Shown here in pieces: positions 27,309 through 39,179 of a stretch of DNA of 64,000 bases. Position 1 is the stretch's first letter, and every line of letters starts with the position of its first letter. A program made the translations under genes and the position numbers. Under the pieces are notes generated by a model. That model was not told the origin of the DNA. It worked only from the letters and a program-made list of their open reading frames with translations, and searched no databases. The DNA is from Octopus vulgaris (taxonomy: Eukaryota): contig OX597824.1 in assembly GCA_951406725.2 (NCBI GenBank), positions 19,406,001 to 19,470,000 of the forward strand, in the 5' to 3' direction.

Positions 27309-28123
27309 TATTTCTTTATTGCCCACAAGGGGCTAAACATAGAGGGGACAAACAATGACAGACAAAGGGATTGGAAGCACTCCGTCGGTTACGACGATGA
27401 GGGTTCCGGTTGATCCGAATCAACGGAACAGCCTGCTCGTGAAATTAACGTGTAAGTGGCTGAGCACTCCACAGACACGTGCACCCTTAACGTAGTTCTC
27501 AGGGATATTCAGCGTGACACAGAGAGTGACAAGGCCGGCCCATTGAAATACAGGTACAACAGAAACAGGAAGTAAGAGTGAGAGAAAGTTGTGGTAAAAG
27601 AGTGCAGCAGGGATCACCACCATCCCCTGCCGGAGCCTCGTGGAGCTTTTAGGTGTTTTCGCTCAATAAACACTCACAACGCCCGGTCTGGGAATCGAAA
27701 CCGCGATCCTATGACCGCGAGTCCGCTGCCCTAACCACTGGGCCATTGCGCCTCCACAAGACAAAGGGATTAAGTCTATTATATCGACCCTAGTGCGTAA
27801 CTGGTGCTTATTTCATCGACCCCGAAATGATGAAAAGCAAACTCGACCTCCGTGGAATTTGAACTCAGAACGTAACGGCAGACAAAATACCTATTGCTTT
27901 ACTACCTACAAGGGGCTACACACAGAGGGGATAAACAAGGACAGACAAACGGATTAAGTCGTTTATATCGACCCCAGTGCGTAACTGGTACTTATTTAAT
28001 CGACCCCGAAAGGAATGAAAGGCAAAGTCAACCTCGGCGGAATTTGAACTCAGAACGTAACGGCAGACGAAATACGGCTACGCATTTCGCCCGGTGTGCT
28101 AACATTACTGCCAGCTCGCCGCC
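27309..28123 (-). mobile_element. SINE-C dimer interrupted by SINE-B
   Basis: Two C bodies, one head; split at TSD AGACAAAGGGATT (27360-27372, 27759-27771). Confidence 0.9.
27373..27758 (-). mobile_element. SINE family B, full length
   Basis: Head TGGAGGCGCAATGGCCCAGTGGTTAGGGCAGCGGAC..GGTTTCGATTCC; tail ..GTAACCGACGGAGTGC; 13-bp TSD. Confidence 0.92.
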
Positions 28124-28357
28124 TTATAAATAGTTGCACCAGTCCACCATCCAAGACTGTTTTATTTCCTTCCTCTTCTTCTTTTTGATATTTTGTCATA
28201 GTTTCATTTCAGAGCGTGGAAACTCAGAACAAATTCCGCGAAGCATTGTATCCAACGTTAACAAAAGGCCAATTCGCCGACTTAAATAATCTTTCATTTT
28301 TTTCCTTATTCCGTCACTAGGCCATAGCAGTGCTAGGGTCACCATCATTAAAGATCT

Positions 28358-28476
28358 TGCTTACAACTCATAGGTTTCCCAAATGATCTCCCATCTGCTT
28401 ACTTATTAAATTCGCCGTTGCTTAACTTCAATGATCGAATGAATACCCGTGTTTACAACATGATGTGATCGTAAAA
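28358..28476 (-). pseudogene. Degenerate 5S rRNA copy (pseudogene or SINE3 head)
   Basis: Minus strand TTACGATCACATCATGTTG...CGATCATTGAAGTTAAGCAACG...AGTA..GATGGGAGA..TGGGAA..GTTGTAAGC is colinear over about 118 nt with metazoan 5S rRNA, with many transitions. Confidence 0.85.
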
Positions 28477-28529
28477 GGAGTGACAGACGGTCACAGAGAT
28501 GTTTATAGTATAGCATATACATCTAACCC

Positions 28530-29151
28530 CATGCTGAATCTCCATGAGAACTATGTTAAGGGTATGCATGTCTGTGGAGTACTCAGCCACTTGCACGTTA
28601 ATTTCACGAGCACGCTGTTCCGTTGATTGGATCGACTGGAACCCTCGTCGTCGCAACCGACGGAGTGCCGCAGAGTAACGTTATCACACTCTGTGTCATG
28701 CTGAATCTCCCTGAGAACTATGTTAAGGGTATGCATGTCTGTGGAGTACTCAGCCACTTGCACTTTAATTTTACGAGCACGCTGTTCCGTTGATTGGATC
28801 GACTGGAACCCTCGTCGTCGTAACCGACGGAGTGCCGCAGAGTGTTTATTGAGTGGTTATTGAGCGAAAAAACCTAAAGCTCCACGAGGCTCCGGCAGGG
28901 GGTGGTGGTGATCCCTGCTGTACTCTTTCACCACAACTGTCTCTCGCTCTTTCTTCCTGTTTCTCTTGTACCTGTATTTCAAAGGGCCGGCCTTGTCACA
29001 TTCTGTGTGTCACGCTGAATCTCCTCGAGAACTACGTTAAGGGTACACGTGTCTGTGGAGTGCTCAGCCACTTGCACGTTAATATCACGAGCAAGCTGTT
29101 CCGTTGATCGTATCAGCTGGGACCCTCATCGTCGCAACCGACGGAGTGCTC
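28530..29151 (+). mobile_element. Three tandem SINE-B pieces (28530-28682, 28684-28843, 28841-29151)
   Basis: Repeated B tail; first two share private variants with the inverted copy at 29702-29866. Confidence 0.88.
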
Positions 29152-29310
29152 CTAAAAACTAATACATATAACACCATCATTCTATATGTTTTAACCGTTT
29201 GTCCATGCTTCGAACATGAGCACACATAAGCAATTTGTTCATGATGGATGCGTGCACACACACACACACGCGCACTCACACGCGCGTACACACACACACG
29301 CGCACACAAA

Positions 29311-29515
29311 ACGGCGAGCTGAAATAATCGTTAGCACACCGGAAAAAATGCTTAGCGGCATTTCTTCCGGCTTTTTTACGTTCTGAGTTCAAATTCCATC
29401 GTGGTCAACGTTACTTTTCTTCTCGGGATCTGAAAAATAAAGTAGACGTTGAGTAATCGACTTACTCCTCTCGCGAAAATTGCTGGCCCGGTGCCAAAAA
29501 GTGAAACCGTTATTA
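29311..29515 (+). mobile_element. Diverged SINE-C (C2 tail)
   Basis: CGGCGAGCTG..TCGTTAGCAC..ACGTTCTGAGTTCAAATTCC. Confidence 0.75.
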
Positions 29516-29517
29516 TT

Positions 29518-29615
29518 GCTGCTGCTGCGGATGCTGCTGCTGCGGATGCTGCTGCTGCGGATGCTGCTGCTGCGGATGCTGCTGCTGCGGATGCTGCTGC
29601 TGCGGACGTTGCTGC
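29518..29615. repeat. 15-bp tandem repeat GCTGCTGCTGCGGAT, about 6 copies
   Basis: Directly visible. Confidence 0.9.
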
Positions 29616-29715
29616 TGTTGCTGTTATTGCTGCAGTTGTAGATGTTGTTGTTGCTTATACACTTCCATTCACAACGCTTGAACTACTTTAAGGCATCCGT
29701 AAACGTTACTCTGCG

Positions 29716-30100
29716 GCACTCCGTCGGTTGCGACGACGAGGGTTCCAGTCGATCCAATCAACGGAACAGCGTGCTCGTGAAATTAACGTGCAAGTGGCTG
29801 AGTACTCCACAGACATGCATACCCTTAACATAGTTCTCAGGGAGATTCAGCATGACACAGAGTGTGACAAGGCTGGCCCCTTTGAAATACAGGTACAACA
29901 GAAACAGGAAGATAGAAAGAGAGAAAGTTGTGGTGAAAGAGTACAGCAGGGTTGGCCCCCCCCCCCCCTGCCGGAGCCTCGCGGAGCTTTAAGTGTTTTC
30001 GCTCAATAAACACTCACAACGCCCGCCCGGTCTGGCAATCGAAACCGCGATCCTACGACCGCGAGTCCGCTGCTCTAACCACTGGGCCATTGCGACCCCA
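29716..30100 (-). mobile_element. SINE-B, full length
   Basis: Homologous to 27373-27758. Confidence 0.9.
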
Positions 30101-30341
30101 CAAACTTTACTCTAAGTTATTTCTGAACGAGCAGGCGTACAATCAAAGCCACTCAAGCCGTGACTAACACGATTGTTTCTTTTCTTTTTCTTTTTTTTTT
30201 TTTTCCAGCCTGCATTATCAAGTACAGCCTTTCTTTTCACAAGGCGGTAAAGTAGGATTTCAAGTAGGATAGATATTGACTTCCGCGTATGCAGATGTGT
30301 GAGTAATTATGTGTGTGTGCGCGTGAGTACGTGTGTGTGCG

Positions 30342-30391
<50 letters not shown>

Positions 30392-30462
30392 CATGTGTGT
30401 GTATGTGTGTAAATGATATGTGTAGATGAGTATGTATTTCCCAAACGATATCTGTTCATATA

Positions 30463-30680
30463 CTCTTTTACTCTCTTTACTCTTTTACTTGTTTCAGTCA
30501 TTTGACTGCGGCCATGCTGGAGCACCGCCTTTAGTCGAGCAACTCGACCCCGGGACTTATTCTTTGTAAGCCCAGTACTTATTCTATCGGTCCCTTTTGC
30601 CGAACCGCTAAGTGACGGGGACGTAAACACACCAGCATCGGTTGTCAAGCAATGCTAGGGGGACAAACACAGACACACAA

Positions 30681-30713
<33 letters not shown>

Positions 30714-30888
30714 CATATATACGACAGGCTTCTTTCAGTTTCCGTCTACCAAATCCACTCACAAGGCATTGGTCGACCCGGGTCTATAGCAGAAGACGCT
30801 TGCTTGCCCAAGATGCTACGCAGTGGGACTGAACCCGGAGCCACGTGGTTGGTTAGCAAGCTACTTACCACACAGCCACTCCTGCGCC
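30463..30888 (-). mobile_element. SINE-A, full length
   Basis: Complete head to tail. Confidence 0.92.
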
Positions 30889-30959
30889 TATATGTCAATA
30901 ACTATGAGAGCGCGTAATATAGTAATGTGTCTATCTCTTTGTCTCTATGCGAGAGTCTG

Positions 30960-30977
30960 AGTGGCGGGGGGTGGTGG

Positions 30978-31015
<38 letters not shown>

Positions 31016-31490
31016 ATGTGTGGGTGTCTGTTGTGTATGTGTGTGTTGCGTGAGTGTGATGTGTGTATGTTGTGTATGTGTGTATGTGCTGTGTTGTGTA
31101 TGTTGTGTGTGTGTGTGTATGTGCGTTGGGTGTGTGTGTCGTGTATGTTTTGCGTGTGTGTTGTGTGTGTGTATTGTGTATGTGTGCGTGTGTCTGTTGT
31201 GTATGTGTATTGCGTGTATGTGATGTGTGTATGTTGTGTCTGTATGTGCTGTGTTGTATGCGTGTGTGCTGTGGGTGTTCTGTGTGTGTGTGTGTGTGTA
31301 TGTGTGTGTGTTGTGTGTGTGTTGCGTTTGCGTTGTGTGTGTGATGTGTATGTGTGCTGTATGTGTGTGCGTTGTGAGCATATGTGCGATGTGAACGTAT
31401 GTGTTTGTAAGTGTGTGTGTATGTACGAGTGTCAGTGTATGTGTTTGTGTGTACGAATGTGTGTATGTGTGTGTGTGTGTGTGTGTGCAC
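30960..31490. repeat. Cryptic TG-rich repeat
   Basis: Degenerate (TG)n. Confidence 0.9.
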
Positions 31491-31849
31491 GCGTCCATCA
31501 TGAAAAAATGGCTTATGTGTGTTCATGTTCGAAGCATGGACAAACAAACGGTTAAAAAGTTCGTTTTGCAATCATGAACTCCGCTTTCGAGTCCTACATT
31601 TGTATCTTGGACAAGTATTCTTTTTCCATAGCCACGAGGGAGCCTAAGGTGCGTGAGGGAATTTCCAGAGATGGAAACTATGGAAATACGTCTGGTAGAT
31701 TATACCTCCACTTCAATTGTTCATTCTGTTACGTTGGTTTTACAGAAGCAATATGTTAAGAAAACACTTGTCTATGGAATACTCTGCCACTTAGACTACA
31801 ATTCAATGAATAGACAAACCACACATGAGCGAACCATTTGTACTTGCGA

Positions 31850-32040
31850 CGGCATACACACGGCTTGGGTCCAGCTGGCTCCGCCTAACAAGTTCGCCAT
31901 GCCCCTCACGAAAGCTGATCGCATCCGACGGTCAGCCCTAGCGTCGTTCCACCGTGCAAAGTAATACTTCTGCTTGTGACCCAAAAGTCCAGATTGCAAA
32001 TCTGACGAATGCTACGCTGGGAGAGCAAGTGCGTCGGACA
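31850..32040 (-). mobile_element. Possible degenerate Tc1/mariner transposase C-terminal fragment
   Basis: Frameshifted SSDL / CNLDFWV ... AFVRGMANL loosely resembles the SPDLNPLDYxxW region. Confidence 0.25.
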
Positions 32041-32290
32041 GCAGGGACAACGTTCCCCGTAGTCGTCATTTGTTGACGAAGTCTGGTCGAACAAATCGAC
32101 CCTTGACGGTTTCTGGTCGAACGAATCGGCCCCAGTAAATTCTTTTAAATCTTTTACTTAATTTATCCAGATAATCTGAGCCGAATCGCAAAGTTACAGA
32201 GAACTAAACAAACCGACACCGGTTGTCAATTGGTGGTGGTGGTGGTGGTGGACAAACACAACGACACGCACGCAGATATATATATACACA

Positions 32291-32506
32291 CGAGGGGCTG
32301 CTGAAAATGTCCTACCTTTAAGTGTATCGCAAAAGGCGTAGCTGGAGACCTGACTTTCCGAGCTCTTATACAGGGCTTAGAAAAACTGAAGGACCGCTGC
32401 AATAAGTGTGTGAATTGGAAAGGGGAATACCTTTTATAAAATCTTAATTAACTGAGCCTCCTCTATTTTCTTTTACCCAAAAGCCAGGAACTTTTCGGTA
32501 CCACTT

Positions 32507-32508
<2 letters not shown>
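32291..32508 (+). mobile_element. Mariner-derived MITE
   Basis: Imperfect TIRs CGAGGGGCTGCTGAAAATGTCCT.. / ..CCAGGAACTTTTCGGTACCACTTCG; internal YTGLEKLKDRCNKCVNWKGEY matches the mariner C-terminal KLxxRWxKCxxxxGxY motif. Confidence 0.8.
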
Positions 32509-32546
<38 letters not shown>

Positions 32547-32547
<1 letters not shown>

Positions 32548-32905
32548 CTCTTTTACCTCATGCTGGAGCATGGCTTTTAGTCGAACAAATCGACCACAGG
32601 ACTTATTCTTTGTAAGCCTAGTACTTATTTTATCGGAATTCTTTTACCGTACCGCTAAATTACGGAAACGTAAACACACCAACATCGGTTGTCAAAGAGA
32701 TGGCGGAGGGAGAAATAACAGACACACAAACATATACATATACGACGGGTTTCTTTCAGTTTCCATCTACCAGATCCACTCACAAAGCTTTGGTCGGCTC
32801 GGGGCTATAGTAGACGACACCTGCCCAAGATGTTATGCAATGAGACTGAACCGGGAACCAAGTGGTTGAGAAGCAAATTTCTTACCACACAGCCACGCCT
32901 GTGCC
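32547..32905 (-). mobile_element. SINE-A
   Basis: Homology to other A copies. Confidence 0.88.
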
Positions 32906-32912
32906 TATTATA

Positions 32913-32950
<38 letters not shown>

Positions 32951-32986
32951 GATTTGAAAATTTTTGTATTAATGGAAAACCTCTAT

Positions 32987-33076
32987 ATTTGGCTGATGAG
33001 TACTCAGCATCTTAAATCTGTTGTAATACTTACAACATTTAATAAAATGATGTAGTACGAAACGATCGTACCAAAT
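32987..33076 (+). ncRNA. Canonical type I hammerhead ribozyme motif in a (TA)n-flanked element of about 260 bp (32947-33205)
   Basis: Stem I ATTTGG/CCAAAT; CTGATGA 32993-32999; stem II GTACT/AGTAC with long extension; GAAA 33059-33062; palindromic stem III ACGATCGT; triplet GTA, predicted cut after 33070. Confidence 0.88.
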
Positions 33077-33203
33077 TACCGGAGTCATTCTTGTTGCTTA
33101 TTTTGATTATAATCACCCCACAATTTTTTTGGATAACACCATACAGAATTTAGGTGCATCTAAATTAAGTACCATATTCATTTGAATCTAAACTTTTGCT
33201 GAA

Positions 33204-33249
<46 letters not shown>

Positions 33250-33263
33250 TTCATATATATAAG

Positions 33264-33351
<88 letters not shown>

Positions 33352-33532
33352 TACATATATACGTATGTACACGCGCGCGTGTGTGTAAATCTATGTCTGT
33401 GTATGTGGTTTGATAACTGCAAAGTGCGTGCGCGTATGTGTATACATGAATGTATGCGTGTATATGTGCATGCTCTAATGGGCAACTGTATGTATGTGTA
33501 TTTTATTTCAACTACGTGTTTGTGTATTTGGG

Positions 33533-33580
<48 letters not shown>

Positions 33581-33661
33581 TTCTCTCCTTATACACAGAC
33601 ATATAATTATACATACACATATACATATAAATAAGTATATATTATATATGCATATTTTCAT

Positions 33662-34272
33662 GTGGCTGTGTGGTAAGTAGCTTGCTTACCAACCACATGG
33701 TCACGGGTTCAGTCCCACTGCGTGGCATCTTGGGCAAGTGTCTTCTATCATACCCTCGGGCCGACCAAAGCATTGTGAGTGGAATTGGTAGACGGAAACT
33801 GAAAGAAGCCCGTCGTACATATATAAATATGGCTGTGTGGTAAGTAGCTTGCTAACCAGCCACGTGGCATCTTGAGCAAGTGTCTTCTGCTATAGCCCCG
33901 GGCCGACCAATGCCTTGTGAGTGGATTTGGTAGACGGAAACTGAAAGAAGCCTGTCGTTTATATGTATATATATATATATGTGTGTGTATGTGTTTGTGT
34001 GTATGTGTTTGTCTCCCTTAGCATTGCTTGATAACCAATGCTGGTGTGTTTACGTCCCCGTCACTTAGCAGTTCGGCAAAAAAAGAGACCGATAGAATAA
34101 GTACTGGGCTTACAAAGAATAAGTCCCGGCGTCGATTTGCTCGACTAAAGGTGGTGCTCCAGCATGGCCGCAGTCAAATGACTGAAACAAGTAAAAGAGT
34201 AAAAGAGTAAAAGAGTATAAATATATATATATATATATATGACCGGCTGCTTTCAGTTTCCGTGTACCAAAT

Positions 34273-34325
<53 letters not shown>

Positions 34326-34520
34326 TATGTTTGTGTGTCTGTGTTTGTACCTCAACCCATCGCTTGACAACTGATGTTGGTGTGTTTACGTCCCCGTAAA
34401 CTAGCGTTTCGGCAAATGAAACCGATGGAATAATTATTAGGCTTACAAAGATTGAGTTCTGGAGTCTATTTGCTCGACTAAAGGCGGTGCTCCAGCATGG
34501 CCTCAGTCAAATGACAAACA
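33662..34520 (+). mobile_element. Nested or tandem SINE-A copies (33662-33817, 33830-34215, 34330-34520)
   Basis: Two heads and two tails. Confidence 0.88.
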
Positions 34521-34784
34521 AATATATATATATATATATATATATTTGTTGAAACAATCCTGTCACAACCTGGGACCTTGAAGACTGCTTTAATACAAGA
34601 AAGTATACTAGTCCCTTAATATTTGATATTCGATATTTCACCTATTCAATAAGACAATCAATACTTCATTTCCTTTTACTATATATATATATATTATTTA
34701 TACTATATATTCTATATTCTACATTAATATTATAAAGAATATAAATAAAATATAAAAAAAACAGAGTTGGAATTCCTTTGAATA

Positions 34785-34829
<45 letters not shown>

Positions 34830-34832
34830 CAC

Positions 34833-34865
<33 letters not shown>

Positions 34866-35479
34866 TGTATGTATGTATGTATATATATATATGATTGTGA
34901 TAATACGTTTATTTAAATATGAACATATATGATCACATGACTAAACATAGAAGCATACTTGAGCGCGCATGTACACGCGTGTGTAAATGTAAATGTGAAT
35001 TTGTGTGTGTGCGATTAGTTCGTTTGTTTGTGTTGTTGTTTTTTTGTTGTTTTTTATTCGCTTGTCTATTTATATACAATGGCAGCTGTTTACACTTAAG
35101 TTATCAGTCACGTCGGTCAGCTATGTTCCTACAGTATTTCTCTGAACGCAAGTAATTCCCGGCATTGTTTCGTATCTAACCGTCGCCAAAGCCATTCATC
35201 TTGACCATGGCTGGTCAAGAGTGTATTGCATATAAATACTACACCACTTGACCTCGTTTACTAATGCCCGTCGATTGTAACACTTGCAGCTGGTTGTCCT
35301 GTTTACATGTACTCCACACGACGACACTTGAAAACACACACGACCGCACCACCATTTTACACTGGTGTTGGGACTGGTGCGAATGGTGGGGAGGGTTGGG
35401 TGGTGGGACGGAGAGATGGATGGATTGATGGATGGATGGATGGATGGAGGATTGCCGTTTCGTCTCAGGCACGAAAGAT

Positions 35480-36640
35480 ATTGAAAGTACGTATGACTGC
35501 ATGTATGTATGTATGTATGTATGTATGTATGTATGTATGTATGTATGTATGTATGTATGTATGTATGTATGTATGTATGTATGTATGTATTATGTATGTA
35601 TGCATGTATGTATTTATGTATGTATGATGTATGTAGGTATATATGTATTTATGTATGTATGCATGTATGTATGTAATTATGTATGTATGTATGCATGCAT
35701 GTATGTATGTATTTATGTATGGATGTATGCATGCATGTATGTATGTATGCATGCATGCATGTATGTATGTATGCATGTATGTATGTATGCATGCATGTAT
35801 GTATGTATGTATGTATGTATGTATTTATGTATGTATGTATGTATGTACGTATGTATGTATGTATGTATGTATGTAGGTCTGTAGGTAGGTCGATTGATGG
35901 ATAGCTAGATAGATACATACATACATACGTACATACATATAACTACATACACAGACAGATAGATATATACATACATACATACATACATACATACATACAT
36001 GCATACATACATACATACATAATACATACATACCTACATGCATGCATACATACATACATGCATACATACATACATACATAATACATACATACATACATAC
36101 ATACATGCATACATACATACATACATACATGCATACATACATACATACATACATCATACATACATACATACATACATACATACATACATACATACATGCA
36201 TACATACATGCATGCATACATACATACATACATACATGCATACATACATACATACATCATACATACATACATACATACATAAAAACATACATACATACAT
36301 ACATACATACATACATGCATGCATACATACATACATGCATACATACATACATACATACAGATATGCCGATATGCAGATAGACAGATAGATAGATAGATAC
36401 ATACATACATACATACATACATACATACATACATACATACATACATTCATACATACATACATACATACATACATACATACATACATACATACATACATGC
36501 ATGCATACATACAGATATGCAGATATGCAGATAGACAGATAGATAGATACATACATACATACATACGTACATACATACATACATACATACACAGGCAGAC
36601 AGACAGACAGCTAGATAGATAGACAGACAGATAGATACGC
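35480..36640. repeat. (TATG)n followed by inverted (CATA)n
   Basis: Strand switch near 35880-35915. Confidence 0.95.
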
Positions 36641-37167
36641 ATGCATATACTTTTACAGAGACTGACAGGCAGACACATAGCGAGGCACATATCTATCATT
36701 TTGTTTATCTGACTAAATACGTGCGTGTATATATATATATATATATATATGTGTAAACTCATGAATATACATGCATGCGTGCATGCGTAAAACTAAGAAG
36801 ATCCGTCTACCTACAAATCTGGTACTTTTTCCTGTATTATATCTCCACATATAAACTGTTGTATATGTTCATGTTATGTGCCCGTGTGTATATATTTATG
36901 CATGTCTGTGCCTGGTGCGTTTATTTGTCTATATAAGTGTACATATGTATGTATATATGAATGTACAGTATGTATAAGTATGTAGAGGAGCTGTCTTATT
37001 CGCATGTGTCTACTCGTCCGATATGAAATATTGCTGTCCGCTGGTGTCCTTTTGACAATAAATGAGTGACTTATAAATAATTACGCAATACATCATCAGT
37101 GTAATATGCGACCTAGATTAAGCTGTAATAAATTAAAATGGTCAGTACAAATCACTTGTATATATAC

Positions 37168-37686
37168 ACAGTAATCACTTGCCATATCGCGGTTCATCTA
37201 TCGCGCTCTCAGTACGTCGCGGATTTTTCTGGCTAATATATGAACATTTACATCGCGGACCCCTCAGTATATCGCTGAATTTGCTGGTTAATATAACAGA
37301 ATTTATATCGCGGACTCCTTAGTATATCGCGGACTTTTCTGGATAATATAAGAAAATTTATATCGCAGACTCCTCGGATATCGCAGATTTTTCTGGATAA
37401 TATATGAAAATTTCTATCGCGGAATCCTCAGTATATCATGGATTTTTCTGGCTAATATAAGAAAATTTATTTCGTGGACTCCTCATATCGCTGATTTTTC
37501 TGGCTATTATAATGAAACTTTATATCGCGGACTCCTCAGATATCGCGGATTTTTTGGCTATCAATACTTCATTTCCTTTTACTATATATATATATATTAT
37601 TTTTACTATATATTCTATATTCTACATTAATATTATAAAGAATATAAATAAAATATAAAAAAACATAGTTGGAATTCCTTTGAGTA

Positions 37687-37730
<44 letters not shown>

Positions 37731-38600
37731 GCACATATATGTATGTATGTATGTATGTATATATATATATATATATATATATGATTGTGATAATACGTTT
37801 ATTTAAATATGAACATATATGATCACATGACTAAACATAGAAGCATACTTGAGCGCGCATGTACTCGCATGAACATTTCTATCGCGGAATCCTCAATATT
37901 TCGCAGATTTTTCTGGTTAATATATGAAAATTTATATCGCGGACTCCTCAGTATATCTCGGATTTTTCTGGCTAATATAAGAATATTTACATCGCGGAAT
38001 CCTCAGTAAATTGCGAATCTCTGCAGCCGATAAGTATTTATATATTTCTAGATTTTAATTATTTCTGTGGTAAAATAAATATTTTCACGCCTAAAAATTA
38101 ATAAATCAATAAATAAAAATACAGTACAGTACTGCACTGTATGACGCATTAATTAAAATAAATTAAAAGAAAATTCGTTGTATACCGTGGATGAATAAAC
38201 AAAGAATCGCGCATACTGTTTGGAAAACGAAACACTGGAGGCGAATGTGTGGTGTTGTTTTGCATTTGTGTATAAAACTGTGAATTTATTTCAAGCCTTA
38301 CGATGTCGTCCAAACGTTTTGTACCTTCTAAGGCTCTAGCAAAAACAGCAGAAGAACTTCACAGAAGGTCGGAAGATTGGGACCCCCAGATGATTCGTGC
38401 GCTGCAGTTCAGAAATGCAATCGACGGAGTCATGGAAGTTTATAAAAACCTCCGGACACAGGAGACAAGGCAGCGCCAGTAACTGCCCATCACTGTGTTC
38501 CTCACCCGCAGAAGAAAAAAAGAGAAGACACGGGTACTCCTAACAGTGTGGGGAGAGTTTATAAAAGCTTAAATATATATAAAAATAATAAAATAAATAT
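37168..38600 (+). mobile_element. Internally deleted Tigger/pogo-like transposon with a subterminal minisatellite of about 55 bp
   Basis: TIR-like CAGTAATCACTTGCCATATCGCGGTTCATCTATCGCG; about 10 copies of TATCGCGGACTCCTCAGTATATCGCGGATTTTTCTGGCTAATA..; 38303-38520 reads MSSKR..fused to EDWDPQMIRALQFRNAI...RQRQ*LPITVF (Tigger-like C-terminus); right TIR not seen. Confidence 0.8.
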
Positions 38601-38836
38601 ATACAGATTATAGTTGTAAATTAAAATTATTTTATTTTATTTGCAATTTTTTTTTTTTGCTACCCTAAGATTTATTATTTAATGAAAGAAGGTTTTTTGA
38701 CTAATTTTGAAAGAAAATTCGGCACTTGTATTTACTGCCGAATAAACCGCGCGTACGCGGAGGATTTTGAAAAATTATAACATATAAACACGAGGCGTGT
38801 TCTTTATTGCCTCGTGTCTATATGTGAGCCTTGGCC

Positions 38837-38923
38837 TCCTGCTGAAGATGGCAACGCCAGTTATAAATTAAAATGATTTTATTTCATTTGCAAAAGATTG
38901 CCGAAACTAGGCATTGTCCAGGA
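38837..38923 (+). ncRNA. Type I hammerhead ribozyme motif in element about 38600-39062
   Basis: Stem I TCCTG/CAGGA; CTGAAGA+T; stem II GGCAA/TTGCC with long loop; GAAA-C...GTC. Confidence 0.75.
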
Positions 38924-39058
38924 AAGATAGGGTAAATGTTTTGTTTTTTTTCATTCCCTTTCATAATTACAACTATTAGTGGCTTGGAGTTTAACTGGTC
39001 TTTCTAGTGAGTCAGATGCCCTATTATGGTCATCTTATATGTGTTTAAATGTACACTG

Positions 39059-39107
<49 letters not shown>

Positions 39108-39179
39108 TGATTGATTGATTCTAGTTTCAGCTCATGAGCTGTGGCCATGCTGGGGCACCGCCATTTATATATATATATA

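Larger units (their letters stand above)
29195..31551. mobile_element. Candidate piggyBac-like non-autonomous element with nested SINEs
   Basis: About 85-bp inverted arms CCGTTTGTCCATGCTTCGAACATGA.. / ..TCATGTTCGAAGCATGGACAAAC(AAAC)GG, each bounded by TTAA (29191-29194, 31552-31555). Confidence 0.65.

Noticed and set aside
27700-27758. tRNA genes at SINE heads
   Set aside because: Only A/B boxes; they continue into SINE bodies and no complete cloverleaf is evident.
37020-37105. Minus-strand CTGATGA with TATTGC/GCAATA stem
   Set aside because: No GAAA after the stem. CTGATGA near 17783, 20975 and 41787 likewise lack the fold.
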